NCBI RefSeq assembly: GCF_009914755.1
Contig: NC_060939.1
Strand: one strand, 5' to 3'
From: the human T2T-CHM13v2.0 reference genome, Homo sapiens
Length of the DNA: 64,000 nucleotides
Below, in pieces: positions 13,330 to 26,682 of the stretch. The position numbers were made by a program, and so were the translations under genes. The notes beneath the pieces are model-generated. The model had not been told where the DNA came from, made no database searches, and was given only the letters and a program-made list of their open reading frames with translations. Every line of letters starts with the position of its first letter. The first letter of the stretch is position 1.

Positions 13330-13653
13330 CAGTTGACCCTTAAACATGGGTTGGAACTTTACATGGATTTTCTTCCACCTCTGCCACTCATGAGACAGCA
13401 AGACCGACCCCTTTTCTTCTTCCTCCTCCTCAGGATTTTCTCAATATCACTTGCTTTTCTCTAGCTTACTTTATTGTAAGAATACAATATATAATACCTA
13501 CACAAAATATGTGTTACTTGGCAGTTTGTTACAGGTAAGGCTTCCAGTCAACAGGAGGCTATTAGTAATTAAGTTTGGGGGAGTCAAAAGTTGTACATGG
13601 ACTTTTGACTGCAGGGGGTCAATGCCCCTAGCCTGCATGTTAAGAGTCAACTG
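13330..13653. mobile_element. Tigger2-like (TcMar) DNA transposon deletion derivative
   Basis: Terminal inverted repeats cagttgaccctt ... aagagtcaactg followed by TA. Confidence 0.75.
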
Positions 13654-14050
13654 TACTTACATTTTACCCCAGAAAGAATACCAATTATCTAATAGGATTT
13701 TTTGTCTTTCTTTTCCTTTCCCATTCCTTTCTTCTTTCCTTTTTCTCTCCGATTCAGTTAAGTAAATAAACCAAAAGACTCTCATGAGTATTTGGGGGAT
13801 TGAAATACAATAGTCTCGAGTCTCAATCGACCACACTCAGGATAGGAGCTCTGCTCACATGGTGCCTGAGTTTCCTCTACCAGGTCACAGACCTGAGGAG
13901 GTGAGGGCCTTGGCCTCTGGAGTTTGTGTATGTGTGCTAACATGTGTGGGTGTCAGAGCCCCCAAAGTCCCAGATGCAGGTGCTGAGAAGGAAGAGGGCC
14001 TGCCTCAGGCCTGTCCTCTCAAGACCTGATGTTTCTTTAAACACCTGCAG

Positions 14051-14192
14051 CTATTCCTGTTCCCAGGGGAGAGTGCACAAAATGAAGCCACCTCGTACCA
14101 CCAGAAGCACATGATCATGACCCTCCTGGCCTCTTTCTTGTACTCTGCACATCTGCCAGAACGCCTAGCCCCTGGACGCTTTGACTACATCG
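14051..14192 (+). CDS. PAQR5: PAQR5 coding exon, LFLFPGESAQ...HLPERLAPGRFDYI
   Basis: cag acceptor 14048-14050, donor gtgagt at 14193; contains the PAQR-family PER..PG.FD motif. Confidence 0.95.
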
Positions 14193-14488
14193 GTGAGTGG
14201 GCAACAGCCCTGCTGCTCTGCTCATTGCCCTCCTGACTGGGGAGGGTCCTGTCCCTGACTCCAGTGCACGTAGCTGCAAAGGGCAGGGAAGGGCAGAGAG
14301 AGAGGCCAAGGCGAGTAACATTGCAAGTTGACAGAGGTCAGGATGTCTGCAGCAGGTGCATTGTTAGGTAGCATGGGCAGGATGGAGGGCAGGTGGGCCC
14401 AGGAGCCTAAAGCATTCTGATGGGGTATGGAGCCAGTGTGTCTTATTGTCATCCACAACATGGAATCCCATGATTAAGTGAACATTGG

Positions 14489-14760
14489 GGCTGGGCGTGG
14501 TGGCTCACACATGTAATCCCAGCACGTTGGGAGGCCAAGGTGGGCAGATTACTTGAGACTGTGCTCAAGACAATCCTGAGCAACATAGTGAAACTCCATT
14601 TCTACAAAAAATACAAAAATTAGCTGGGCATGGTGGCGTGCACCTGTGGTCCCAGCTACTTGGGAGGCGTTGGTTTGAGCCTGGAAGGTTGAGGCTACAG
14701 TGAGCCATGATCATGCACTGCACTCTAGCCTGGGTGAGAGAGATCCTATGTGAAGAGAAA
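14489..14760 (+). mobile_element. Alu (old, AluJ-like)
   Basis: Diverged Alu dimer. Confidence 0.9.
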
Positions 14761-14924
14761 AAGTACATTGGGAGCAGCCGAGGAGAGGAAGAGGAAAGAA
14801 AGGATGAAGATGGCTCTGAGGGTACCAGACAACAGGGGGCTGTGCAGAAAAGGGAAAAGGGGAGAAAGCATCTTTCTTTGTCTTGAGCATGGTGGACGGG
14901 AGGGGGCCAGGGGTTCAGGGTAGA

Positions 14925-15030
14925 GCAGTGGTTTCTCCAGGGGTGGTCATCAGCCAGCAGCATCAGCATCATCTGAGAACATGCAGATTCTCAGGCCCCA
15001 CCACAGACCTCCTGAACCAGAAACGCCAGG
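14925..15030. mobile_element. MER5-type hAT-Charlie fragment
   Basis: cagtggtttctc...cagcatcagcatca...atgcagattctcaggccccac...agacc. Confidence 0.6.
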
Positions 15031-15979
15031 AGTGAAACCCAATACTCACACAGAGGCCGAGTCATCCTCCAGATGAACCTGAGCTCACTTAAGTTTGAAG
15101 TGATCTGGTGGAGAGAAGGTGTCAGAGTCACGGGGGTTTCCACCTGCTGGCAGAGTTCTTTCCCCGCTCTGTCTAGGGAAGGAGGGGCGGGTCCCTGCAG
15201 AATGTGCCTCCTCCGCTCTGGCTCTGGGACTGGCTAGGAGGAGGAACCCTTGCATCATTTCTGGTGAGGCTGACAAGACTTTGGGGTGAGAGTTCCTTAG
15301 GTGAGTACATGGGAATCAAAGGGCCAGTCATTGTCCCCACCAGGGCAGGAAGCTTGCTTCTCCCCAAGCCCATTTTGTTCCTGATTTTCCATCTCCTCTC
15401 ACTAAAAGATGTGGCCAGATGCAGTTTGTTTGATCTGATTAAAGTTTTATCTCCTTTTCTTCTTTTGTTGTGTCAGAAGGGGTTGTAACTAGTAAAATGC
15501 TTAGAGAACAGATTTCCAAAAAGGAGGAAAAGGAGAGGCCAGGGAATCGGAGTCACCAGCATCCTGACTGCCATGTCCACCTCCCCAGCCCCGCTTAATG
15601 AAGTAGAGGTGGCTGTGTAGCAAGTTTTGGGGTTGCAGGAAAAATGGCCCTGGGCCTTCTTTTGCTACCACTCAGGTTTCTTAATAACATTTTATTCACC
15701 TCTGTCCCATCCTCTTGGGCCTAGGGGTACAGAGCTGAAAAACACCCCTCTGGGGGACATTTCCTAGACAATAGTTCATGACAGATCATTAACAAGATTT
15801 GGAACATTCTCAGTCCTTAACTAACAGAGTCTGCTGGAGGTGGGAATCCCTCTCTGCTCCTGCTCAATCTTCCTAACTCTGCTCCTGCTCAATAGTAGAG
15901 GTGGCCAGGCCGGTTCATTCCTAGGACACATTTATTGAATATTTCTTCTGAGATAGGTCCTGGGGGTGAAACACTGAAT

Positions 15980-16110
15980 TTTTTATTTTTCTAGAGATGG
16001 GATCTCACTGTGTTGCCCAGGCTGGTCTCAAAACTCCTGGGTTCAAGCACTCCTCCTGCCTTGGCCTCCCAAAGTGCTGGGATTACAGGTGTGAGCCACC
16101 ATGCCCAGCC
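15980..16110 (-). mobile_element. FLAM/Alu left monomer
   Basis: tagagatgggatctcactgtgttgcccaggctggtctc...gtgagccaccatgcccagcc. Confidence 0.85.
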
Positions 16111-16163
16111 TTTTTATTTTATTTTTTTTAAACCAAAAGAGAAACCTTATTTAACTCTTATGC

Positions 16164-16861
<698 letters not shown>

Positions 16862-17309
16862 CATGTGGTCGCCTCCTTACTCCTGGGGTCTGAGGGTTGT
16901 CCCCCAAAGCTGCCCCCGACCCTAGGCATTGGATTTGTTTTCTCACCAACCACCCAGCACGTCCCTGTCCCTGTCACTCCCACTACCCTCTACTGGGCTC
17001 CCAGCCTCTGTGAAGGGCACCATGTGAGCTGGGTCCAGCATGGCATTGGGGAGGAAGAGTCCTGGTCATATCTGTGACTAACTGGCAGTAGGGAGAGGTC
17101 CACTTGGTTAGTGGCCAACAGAAAATTCAGCCAGCTTCTCCCTCAGCACTGAAGTGAGACTCTGAGCTGATCAGTGCTGGCTCTCAAGAGATGAACTTTG
17201 GTGCCTAATTTTTTCATCTGAAAAATGAGACTGGTGGATAAGTTGTTTTAAAAAAGAATTTGGATTTGGTTTTCTCTGATGGGCCTTTTATTTTTCCCAT
17301 ATTGCTTCT

Positions 17310-17620
17310 TAAAAATAAATTTATTAAGGTATATTTCACATATTCAATAATTCTCTAATGTCAAGTATACAATTTAATGATATTTTCAGTAAATTCACCA
17401 TACATCAGTTTTAGAACATTTTCATCCCCTCCATCAGACCCATGCACTGTTAATACCTATTCTCACCCCCTGCTTGAGGCAGCCTCTAATCTACTCTCTG
17501 TCTTTATGGATTTGCATATTCTGGAGATTTTATATAATATGTGGTCTCCTGTCTGGTTTCTTTCACTTAGCATCATTTTTAGCATGAATGCCATAGCATG
17601 TATCAGTACTCATTCCTTTT
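17310..17620 (-). mobile_element. Old L1 (L1M) 3'-end fragment just upstream of the last PAQR5 exon
   Basis: ctaatctactctctgtctttatggatttgcatattctgga...ctttcacttagcat...catagcatgtatcagtactcattcc. Confidence 0.7.
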
Positions 17621-17657
17621 CATTGCTGATCTTGACGGCCTTTTGTGTTTGCCATAG

Positions 17658-17899
17658 GTCACAGTCACCAGCTGTTTCACGTGTGTGTGATCCTGGCCAC
17701 GCACATGCAGATGGAAGCCATACTTCTGGACAAGACTCTGAGGAAGGAATGGCTCCTGGCCACCTCCAAGCCCTTCTCTTTCTCTCAGATAGCTGGAGCC
17801 ATACTTCTGTGCATCATCTTCAGCCTCAGCAACATAATTTATTTCTCAGCTGCTCTGTATCGGATTCCCAAGCCAGAATTACATAAAAAAGAAACATGA
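17658..17899 (+). CDS. PAQR5: PAQR5 terminal coding exon, GHSHQLFH...PELHKKET*
   Basis: tag acceptor 17655-17657; PAQR HxxxH motif (SHQLFH); TGA at 17897-17899. Confidence 0.95.
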
Positions 17900-18849
17900 C
17901 TCAGACCATAAGCTTTTCATGCCAGATGTCAACATTAAGCTGCAACATCCTAACCACCATAAGCCGGAGGTGGTTACAGCTTATCACGGCCTAAAATATT
18001 CATAATGGTTGGTGTCTTTTGAATGAATTCATGTCAAAAATGTTATTCAGCTGGGGAAATTTCTCTAAATGTACACTGATTCTGTGTGTGTGATTTTAAA
18101 AGGAGAACATGGTTCAAGCAAGTCCTTGTTAAGGCAAACTATTGATATTTCATTAATTTTAAATTTACTTAAAATGTGGTTTTAAATTCTATTTAAACAT
18201 TTGGATTAAGCATATTACTCTGGAGCTTTGTATTATTCTTTAAAAATGAATCTTGCTTCATTTGATGAATTTCATGTCACAAAGCTTCTCTCAAGAGCTC
18301 TCGTAGTGGCCTGTCAACCACTTTCGGAGAATGAGCCAGGTCAGTCACTGGGAGGACCTGTGAAAGAAAGTTGGTCACTGAGTGCCTTGGGGACTGGCAA
18401 AACATTCCAGAATGAAGAGAGCTGTCTGGGGAGAGCCCTTCTTCCCTTCTCCACCTAGTGAAGGGAGAACAGAAGGGGAGTCCTCTCTTCCCACAAGTCC
18501 ATTCTGCCTTCAAAGTGTAAGTTCTCATGTCATTATGGATTTGGAGTTTGTCAGTTTTTTTCTTAAAAGTCCACAGCGGGGTGTCATGTGTTCTGTTATG
18601 TTCTGTTTTCTGGTTGCCAGTTTGATCTGCAAAGTATTTTTCAGTGCAGGTAAAATGTGTTAAACCATAAGAGTTGACTGAGTTAATCCCAATTGGTTGT
18701 GCTCATATGCCACCTTTTAAACCAATGGAAATTGCTATATTTGGGGATGTCATACATTTGATATTGCTTCAGCATTTCAAATATGTTGCAAAATTTAGTA
18801 TCCATATGCATAAGAAGTTAATCACCTTGCCAGTGGGGTGGTCACATAT

Positions 18850-19040
18850 AGTGTTCTCAAGCTTTACTGTGAATCAGAAACATCCAGTAAGCTTGTGACA
18901 AATGCAGACTCCTAGGGAAAACCAGGGGGTTCTGCTTCACTAGGTTAAATGTAGGTTTTGTAGAGGAGATCTGCACTGGAGCAAGTCTCCCAGATGATTC
19001 TAATACAGGAGGGCCAGAGGCCAAACTTGAAGAACTGCTG
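18850..19040. mobile_element. MER5-type hAT-Charlie fragment
   Basis: agtgttctcaa...aatcagaa...aaatgcagactcct...ccagatgattctaat...gaagaactgctg. Confidence 0.55.
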
Positions 19041-20517
19041 GTGTTACATGTTCCAAAAGGCATTAGACCTATCAGCTTTGTTTCGCCTGATCTCAAGTTT
19101 TAGCAACTCACCAACTAAGGCGTAACCTCATTTTATGTTCCAGCGTTTTCTACTCTGAATAGTTCTAAAACACTGAGCATTTTCTCATTTGTTGCATTAC
19201 TGATTAAAGTTCAGTATTTCATGGTGTTTTCAGGGATCACAGAAATGCGGATGCAAAACAACTTTTGACAGAGGCCCATCAAACCCAGATCTGCACTTGG
19301 TAATGACTTAGGGGGGCTTCCTCACAATGCAGGATCCTCTTTGCTGACTCAGGAATACTCCATATTTTAGACTACTGCCTCTACCATTAACTAGCCCAGA
19401 CATTTGAATGGCCTTGTAAACAGCTCACTGTCTAATACTCGAAGGACAAGTAACAATTTATATTGGATGAGAGTGGTCAAGAAATATGATTTCATTAGTT
19501 TTATTATCTGTTTACTTCCTCTGGGGAAGGCAGACTGATAAAATTATATGGGCTGGTAAATTTTTGGTACATTAATTGCAAGCTGCATGACAAAATTTGT
19601 TTTTCTGGCAACAATCTGACATTATTAGTGGAATTCCACACCAACAGGGCTTGTGAGCTTCCATTTCATCTTACTGTAACTTCAATTTTATGGCAAAAAA
19701 AGGTACAAAGTTTAAATACCCCTTTCTAGTAATGCCAAAGACATACAGTGTTTTACATTCTCTCCTTTATAGGTAACAAAATAATGTTTAGCTCAGTAAG
19801 TACTGAAATAATGAGTGACCAATTTGAAGGATTTTTAGATTATTTAATCTTTGCTTATGTTGCTTTTTCACATGCTTAATGATGGAAATGAAATGTTAAA
19901 TCAACAAAATAAGATCCAGTGTTTCATAACATTTTTATAAGTTTGGTAAACTTTAGTCCCATTATATACTTTTGGGGACAGTGTTATAAATCAGAATTTT
20001 ACGACAGTTTGCAGAACACTGATTTGAAAGCTTCCTATGCAAAATGAGAAGGGGTTCAAATATATTAATTATCATTAAGTATTAAATAATAGGCATTAGA
20101 TGTCTAATGTGAGTATAATTTCATCCAAGCCATCTCAGAAAGTCTAAAAGGTTGGCAGGGGGTCAGCTGAAGACCTCACTGGAGTGGGTCTTAATTTTTA
20201 AAAAGTGTCTCACTACACTTAAGACATGTGACACATTCCCATTGGTAACAATTGCTCACCATGGCATTGTCTCAAAAAAGACTATGGTGGGGAGGGTGGC
20301 ACATTCCTAATGGGATGTACCTCTCCCCACTCCCCTTGCTTGAGAAGCACTACTCAAAAATTTACCAGACCTTACAACTGTGATAAAACTTGAATGTGTA
20401 TGATGAATAAGGCCATTCAGTTAACTTTACCTCCCTTTACCCATTGAAGGGGTTCCTTTTCCATTGCTCAGTTTTTAGAAAATAATTCTCATCTTTTTTC
20501 TAAAGAAATGAATTTGT

Positions 20518-20627
20518 GGCTGGTCTGAAGGTAGTGAGTTAGCTCAATTGATTGTTCGCAGTCAGTTATAGATCAAGCTCCTTGTTCTACTCTTCCCCTC
20601 TTCTCACTACTGCACTTGACTAGTCTT
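20518..20627 (+). pseudogene. Y RNA retrocopy (RNY1/hY1-derived)
   Basis: ggctggtctgaaggtagtgagtt...caattgattgttc...cactactgcacttgactagtctt closely matches hY1; followed by A-rich tail; no evidence of an upstream Pol III promoter. Confidence 0.92.
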
Positions 20628-20663
20628 AAAACAAAGAAAGAACGAATGAATGAATGAATCTGT

Positions 20664-20962
20664 GGCTGGATGCAGTGGCTCATGCCTGTAATCCCAGCAC
20701 TTTGGGAGGCTGAAGTGGGAGGACTGCTTGGGCCCAAGAATTCAGGACCAGTCTGGGCAACAGAGCCAGACACTGTCTCTATAAAAAAAAGTTAAAACTA
20801 GCTGGTTGTGGTGGTGCACACCTGTGGTCCCAGCTACTGTGGAGGGTGATGTGGGAGGATTGCTTGAACCCAGGAGTTGGATGCTGCAGTGAGCTATGAT
20901 TGCGCCATTGCGCTCCAGACTGGGCAACAGGGCAAGACCCTGCCTCAAAAAAAAAAAAAAAA
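20664..20962 (+). mobile_element. Alu (AluJ-like) directly after the Y RNA copy
   Basis: Alu dimer with A tail. Confidence 0.95.
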
Positions 20963-21225
20963 GAATTTGTAATTGTTGGTAGGATGTTATGGGAAATTTA
21001 GAGGTCTTCTGAGTATAAAGTGGTTTAAATATTTGGTCTGCTGAAGTCTTTCTGGAAGTGTTGTTCCCCCTGCTGCCCCGCCCAGTAGAAACTTGCTCAT
21101 ATGAGAGGTTCTGAGGTAGGTGCGGTGTAGTAGAATGGCATTGTCAGATATGTTCAAGAAACCCTTCATTTGACACTATTTTGTACCTTATGGTACCCTT
21201 TAACATTTTTTAATTAAAAAAAATA

Positions 21226-21507
21226 TTTTTTGAGACAGGGTCTTGTTCTGTTGCCCAGGCTGGAGTGTAGTGTTGCAATCTTGGCTCACTGCAACCTCTG
21301 CCTGACAGGCTTCAGTGATCTTTCCACCTCAGCCTCCTGAGTAGCTGGGACTACAGGTGCATGCCACCAAGCCTGGCTAACTTTTTGTAGAGATAGGGTT
21401 TTGCCATGCTGCCCAGGCTGGCTTAGAATTCCTGAATTCAAGTGATTTGTCTGCCTCAGGCTCCCAAAGTGCTGGGATTACAGGCATGAGCCACACTGCA
21501 CCCAGTC
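21226..21507 (-). mobile_element. Alu (AluJ-like)
   Basis: Antisense Alu dimer. Confidence 0.9.
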
Positions 21508-21799
21508 GATGCTACCCTTTTTATATGAAACACCTATTAACACGGTACAACAACACTTCAAAACATATTATTTGAATTTCGGCCTCTGATTTTCTAGTCA
21601 ACAATCCATTAAGGCAAAGACCTGTTTCCAAACTCAGATGTTCTCCAACTTACACTAATGTCTGGTTTTCTTGAACTATGTGAGAGAAAAAAATAAACAG
21701 AATTTATTTATTATCATAAAGTCATCCTGTTTGCCACTTAATTTGGTTATGTTTTATCTACCACACTGCAAATATGTTAATTCACCATGAGAAACAGAT

Positions 21800-22150
21800 C
21801 CCTGTACACATGTATATCAGTAAATCATTCAATGAATAGTTAGTGCTTAGGATGTATAGAATGGCCACTGTCCTAGGAACTGGGGATACACAAGTGAAAA
21901 AAACCTGCAATGTCCCTCCCTAATGAAGCTAGTGTTCTGGTTGGGCAGGCAGACAGGATATATAGATGAATCCAGATAATAAGTGCTGTAAAGAAACTAA
22001 GCCTAGTAGGGCATGTGAATTGATGGTCACTCTGATAAGCTGACATTTGAGGAAGACTTGATGGGCAAAAAGGAGCCAGCCTTGTCAGCTTGTCGGGGGA
22101 AGGGATTGCAGGTTGAGCTAAGTAGAGGGGTCCCAAGGCTGGCAGGTACT
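21800..22150. mobile_element. L2 fragment
   Basis: cattcaatgaatagttagtgctta...ctaggaactggggatacaca...gaagctagtgttctggttggg typical of L2 3' ends. Confidence 0.55.
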
Positions 22151-22586
22151 TGTTCTACTGGAAGGATGTTAACTCCAGAAGATATCTGGATGACTTGATT
22201 TTTGAAGAATTCTGAGATTTTCCTGATTTTTTTTCCCTTGAGAAATTGCCTATAGGGCTTTCCTATGTCTCTTGGTACTTGTATGGAATGTGTCAACTCA
22301 TAAGAAATTAACTTCAGACAGTTGCCACGCTCATTCTCTTCATGCTAAGCAACAGATTTCTGAAACAGGCTGAATTTTTTTGCCTCCTCCAGAACACAGA
22401 AGGAAAGGCCCTCAAAGATCATTTAATTCAGCCCTTTTAAAATTTGTTCGATGATGTATAATGCAGATTCTCAGGCCCAAACATACTGACACAGACTACC
22501 CACAGTGGGGGAGGTGATCCTGTAGTTTCAAATTTTTAGCTAAAGCTGTAGGTAATTTTTAATATAAGGGAGTTCAGAAGCACTGA

Positions 22587-23043
<457 letters not shown>

Positions 23044-23299
23044 ATGATACATTTTATCTGCTCAATCCTAGAATGTACAGAATGTTGTTTCAGAATTACC
23101 AACTAATGTCTGTGCCTACTAATTAGAATTCAAAACGTTTCAAGTTTTTTTTTTTTGTCTTGACCCTGAGGGCAAGCTTGATTCTAAATAGTCACAGTTA
23201 CCTGGGTTATTTCCCCCTTTCTGTGTATGTTATTTATTTGAAATATAGTTCAAGTCATTTGTTTCTTTTTGTGTAAATTTTACAGTCCCCCAACTCCCC

Positions 23300-23300
<1 letters not shown>

Positions 23301-23338
<38 letters not shown>
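23301..23338. repeat. (AC)19 microsatellite
   Basis: Perfect dinucleotide run. Confidence 0.95.
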
Positions 23339-23340
<2 letters not shown>

Positions 23341-23774
23341 CCCCAGGTTGATTTTATTAATTTGTGTTTTCTGTATGTAAACATTAACATCTAACCATTC
23401 ATGTTACAAATGGCCTGGCGAGAGAGATTCATGGCCTGGGAACCTGAGACAATGTTTCTAAGGCCACTGAGTGACCAGCAGGGCCTGGGAGGGAACAGTG
23501 TGCGGAGCATGTCCAAGATCCCAAGGCAGTGCTGTCTCCATTTTACCACCTCCCCTCAAACACTCGGGGCTTCAGCAGTTTTTGGTCATTGGTGTTTACT
23601 GGGTTCCCACAGCTGGACTTGCTTATCTGGGTGTTTGGATTAATATATGATTTCGAATTTGTGTAGTGTCAGCCCCTCTTCAATGATTTGGATAAGACTC
23701 GCCTGGTCCAATTTAACAGTTTCTAATAAAGTTAAACTTACCGTAAGACCCACAATCCCACCCAAGAGAAATAA

Positions 23775-24200
23775 AAACACACCTACATAAAGACTTTTAC
23801 ACAAATAATTATACCAGTTTCATAATCTCCAGAAAGTAGAAACAACCTAAATGTCCAACTGGTGAATGAATAAATTGTCCTGCATTCATACAGTGGAATA
23901 GACTCAGCAACAAAAAGGGAACAAATTACTGGTACATGCAACACATTGATGAATATCAAAGCATTATGCTGAGTGAAAGAAAAGACATTCTGGAAAAGGC
24001 AAAAGTATAGGGAAGAAAATCAGAAAAGTCGTTGCCAAGGCCTGGGAGTAGGGGCAGCCCAGAGAATTTTCCACTGTGATGGAAATATACGTTTGATTGT
24101 GGTTACAGCACACTATATATTTGTCAAATACACATAACGATACAACTAAAAAGGGTCCATTTTACTGTATGTAAATTATACCTAAAATACTTGACTTTAG
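23775..24200 (+). mobile_element. Old L1 (L1M/L1ME) 3' fragment
   Basis: gaaacaacctaaatgtcca...catacagtggaatagactcagcaacaaaaagg...cattatgctgagtgaaagaa. Confidence 0.75.
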
Positions 24201-24479
24201 AAAGAAAAAAGCCCCTCAGTTCTCTTCTCCCCACCCTCCTACGCGCACTCCTGATCTGGATCTCTAATTCTATGGTAAAATGCAAATCTTTTAATGGCTA
24301 TAGGTAGCCCTTTGCTATTTTTGAATAGAAAAATGATGTAATTATTTGGTAGTTTTAAGGAAATTAATAAGCCAGAGAACTTTAATACAGAAGTGAGGGA
24401 GGAAGAAGAAACTGGCCTGAAGAGAAGCTGGAGGTGGTGCGACGTAACTGGGTCCTCAACTGGAGCGTTCTTTGAAGGG

Positions 24480-25660
24480 ATGATTCATTCATCCCTTCAA
24501 GCCATGTATGGGGCACCTGCACTGCTAGGCACTGGGCATGCAACGATGCCATCTAGTGAGGCTGTGGGGATAAGCCAGTAGAGGAGACAGGAATGAACAG
24601 TGACTGCCAATTGGAATGTGAGTGCTGAAACAAGTCAACAGGTGCAGTGAGTGGGAAAGGGCAGTTTTGGGGGCGTGGGGGCTGTACCACGGGGCCCAGT
24701 ATCCACAGCAGGGTAGCTGGCAGATCTGCAGAGAACTGAAGGCAAGGCATTGTCAGAGGAAAGGAGGGAGGAGAGCGTGACAGCACAGAGAATGGCGTGT
24801 GAGCCCAGCGTGTTCAGGGCACTGCAGTTCAACATGACTAGAGGGGACAGGGGGCAGTGATGGGTGATGAGCCCCAGAGGAAGCGTCTCAGGGCCCTGTG
24901 GTGGGTCTCCAACAATGGGGAACCACTGCAGAGTTTCATATAGGTATGTGACATAATCAGATCCATGATTTAGAGATGAGCAAAATGGAAACTGAATTGG
25001 AAAGTGGCAGCAGAGAGGCCTGTTAGGAGACTGCTGTCTTTATCAGACAAGAGAAGATGGTGGCTGAGGAGACAGAGAAAAGTGGAGCAGTTTGGAGGTT
25101 TGGCTACTTAGTAGGTAGAACTGTTAAGATTTAGTGATTGAATATTGAGACAGAAGAAGAGAGAAAAGCTAACAATGTTGCTTTAGACTCTGGCTTGGTG
25201 GATGCCATCCACTGAGAGGGAGCAAGTTTGGGAGAAGAGATTAGAATGTGTTAGATGTGAGATGCTTGTGGGATATCGAAGTGGAGAATCCAGAAGACAG
25301 TTGGATATATGGCTCTGGAGCTCAGAAGAGCAAACATGAATGGGATGTGAAGCCATATGAGTGCTTGAGAGTGCCTAGGGAAAAGGCACACCTAGTGACC
25401 AGCTCTAAACCCTGAGCCCCAACATTTAAGGGAGAAAAAAAGAACTCACAAAGGAGACTGAGAAAGAAGGGCTAGACAGCTAGGAGAAAAAATAAAGGCA
25501 TGGGAAGAAAGGAATGGGCAACATTTTTTAGTGTTGTTAAGAAGCCAAGTAAGACAAAAGTCAAATAGATTTAGCATCAAGGAAGCGGTAATTTTGGTGA
25601 CAAGAGTTCCAATGGAGTCTGAGGTAGAAGCTAAACTGAAGAGCAACTAGGATATAAGTA
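24480..25660. mobile_element. Degenerate L2 fragments
   Basis: Purine-rich L2-like sequence (gacataatcagat, gttaggagactgctg, gacagttggatatatggctctggagctcag). Confidence 0.55.
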
Positions 25661-25707
25661 GTCAGCAACCAAGCCCAATTCCTAAATGATAAAAATTCCA
25701 AACTCTA

Positions 25708-25924
25708 GGCCAGGTGCGGTGGCTCACACTTGTAATCCTAGCACTTTGGGAGGCTGAGGCAGGTGGATCACTTGAGGTCAGAAGTTCAAGACCAGCCTGG
25801 CTGAGGCAGGAGAATTGCTTGAACCCCGGAGGCGGAAGCTGCAGTGAGCCGAGATTGCGCCACTGCACTCCAGCCTGCGTGACAGACTCCGTCTCAAAAA
25901 ACAAAACAAAACAAACAAACCAAC
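25708..25924 (+). mobile_element. Alu with internal deletion of the middle region; TSD ccaaactcta
   Basis: gaccagcctgg joins directly to ctgaggcaggagaattgc; aaaattccaaactcta / aaaataccaaactcta flanks. Confidence 0.9.
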
Positions 25925-25939
25925 AAAATACCAAACTCT

Positions 25940-26680
25940 AGCTTGACAACAAAGTCCTAATCATTCAAAGACTTCAACATAGGAAGCAAAGCAATAAAAG
26001 CACTAGGAAACAAAAAATGGGAAATAAAATAAAAAACTCAGAATGGATGTATTTTTCCAGTATGACACAAAACAGAAGCCATAAAAGAAAAGACGGATTA
26101 ATCTGTCTACCTGAAATTTTTTCCAAGCTGTCACAAAACATATACAAATAAAAATAACCAAAATGTGAAAAATAAAAGTATTTAAACTCGTATTTTGGAT
26201 GAGGACCAATTTTTTTTTAATATAAGAACTTTCACAGATCATTAAGAAAAACGAACAACCAATAGAACAAAGAGGCAAAGAATATGAACACAGTTGATAG
26301 AGAAGGAATCAAAAGGGCTCTAAAATATATGAATAGACAACATTTATCTGAAAATAAATGAAAAATTTAACTACATGTTTTTTCTCACCAATTGATATGA
26401 GATATCAATAGATTGGTAGCTACTGAAAAGTTTGATAACACTTTGAGAATTGTGGAGAAATAGGCACTCTCATACAGGCTGGTGGGAGTGTACATTTGGA
26501 CAGCTTTTATGGAGAATGATTTGCAATATCTGTGAAATGTTACACATATGTATACTCTTTGACTCAGCAATTCTGTTTCTAGAAATGTTTCCTACATATT
26601 TACCTGCATTGTATAAATTTCCACATTCATTCACTATAGCTGTATCTGTAATAGGAAAAGTTGGAACCATCCTAATGTGC
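25940..26680 (+). mobile_element. Old L1 fragment
   Basis: A-rich; gctggtgggagtgtacattt...tttgactcagcaattctgtttctagaaat typical of L1 ORF2/3' end. Confidence 0.65.
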
Positions 26681-26682
26681 AA

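Larger units (their letters stand above)
17900..21720 (+). other. PAQR5: Probable PAQR5 3' UTR (end uncertain; candidate signals attaaa 19203, attaaa 20081, aataaa 21692)
   Basis: AU-rich sequence after the stop codon; the actual cleavage site cannot be fixed from sequence. Confidence 0.55.

Noticed and set aside
20518-20627. Active Y RNA gene
   Set aside because: A-rich tail, TSD-like flanks, substitutions and no oligo-T terminator indicate a retrocopy.
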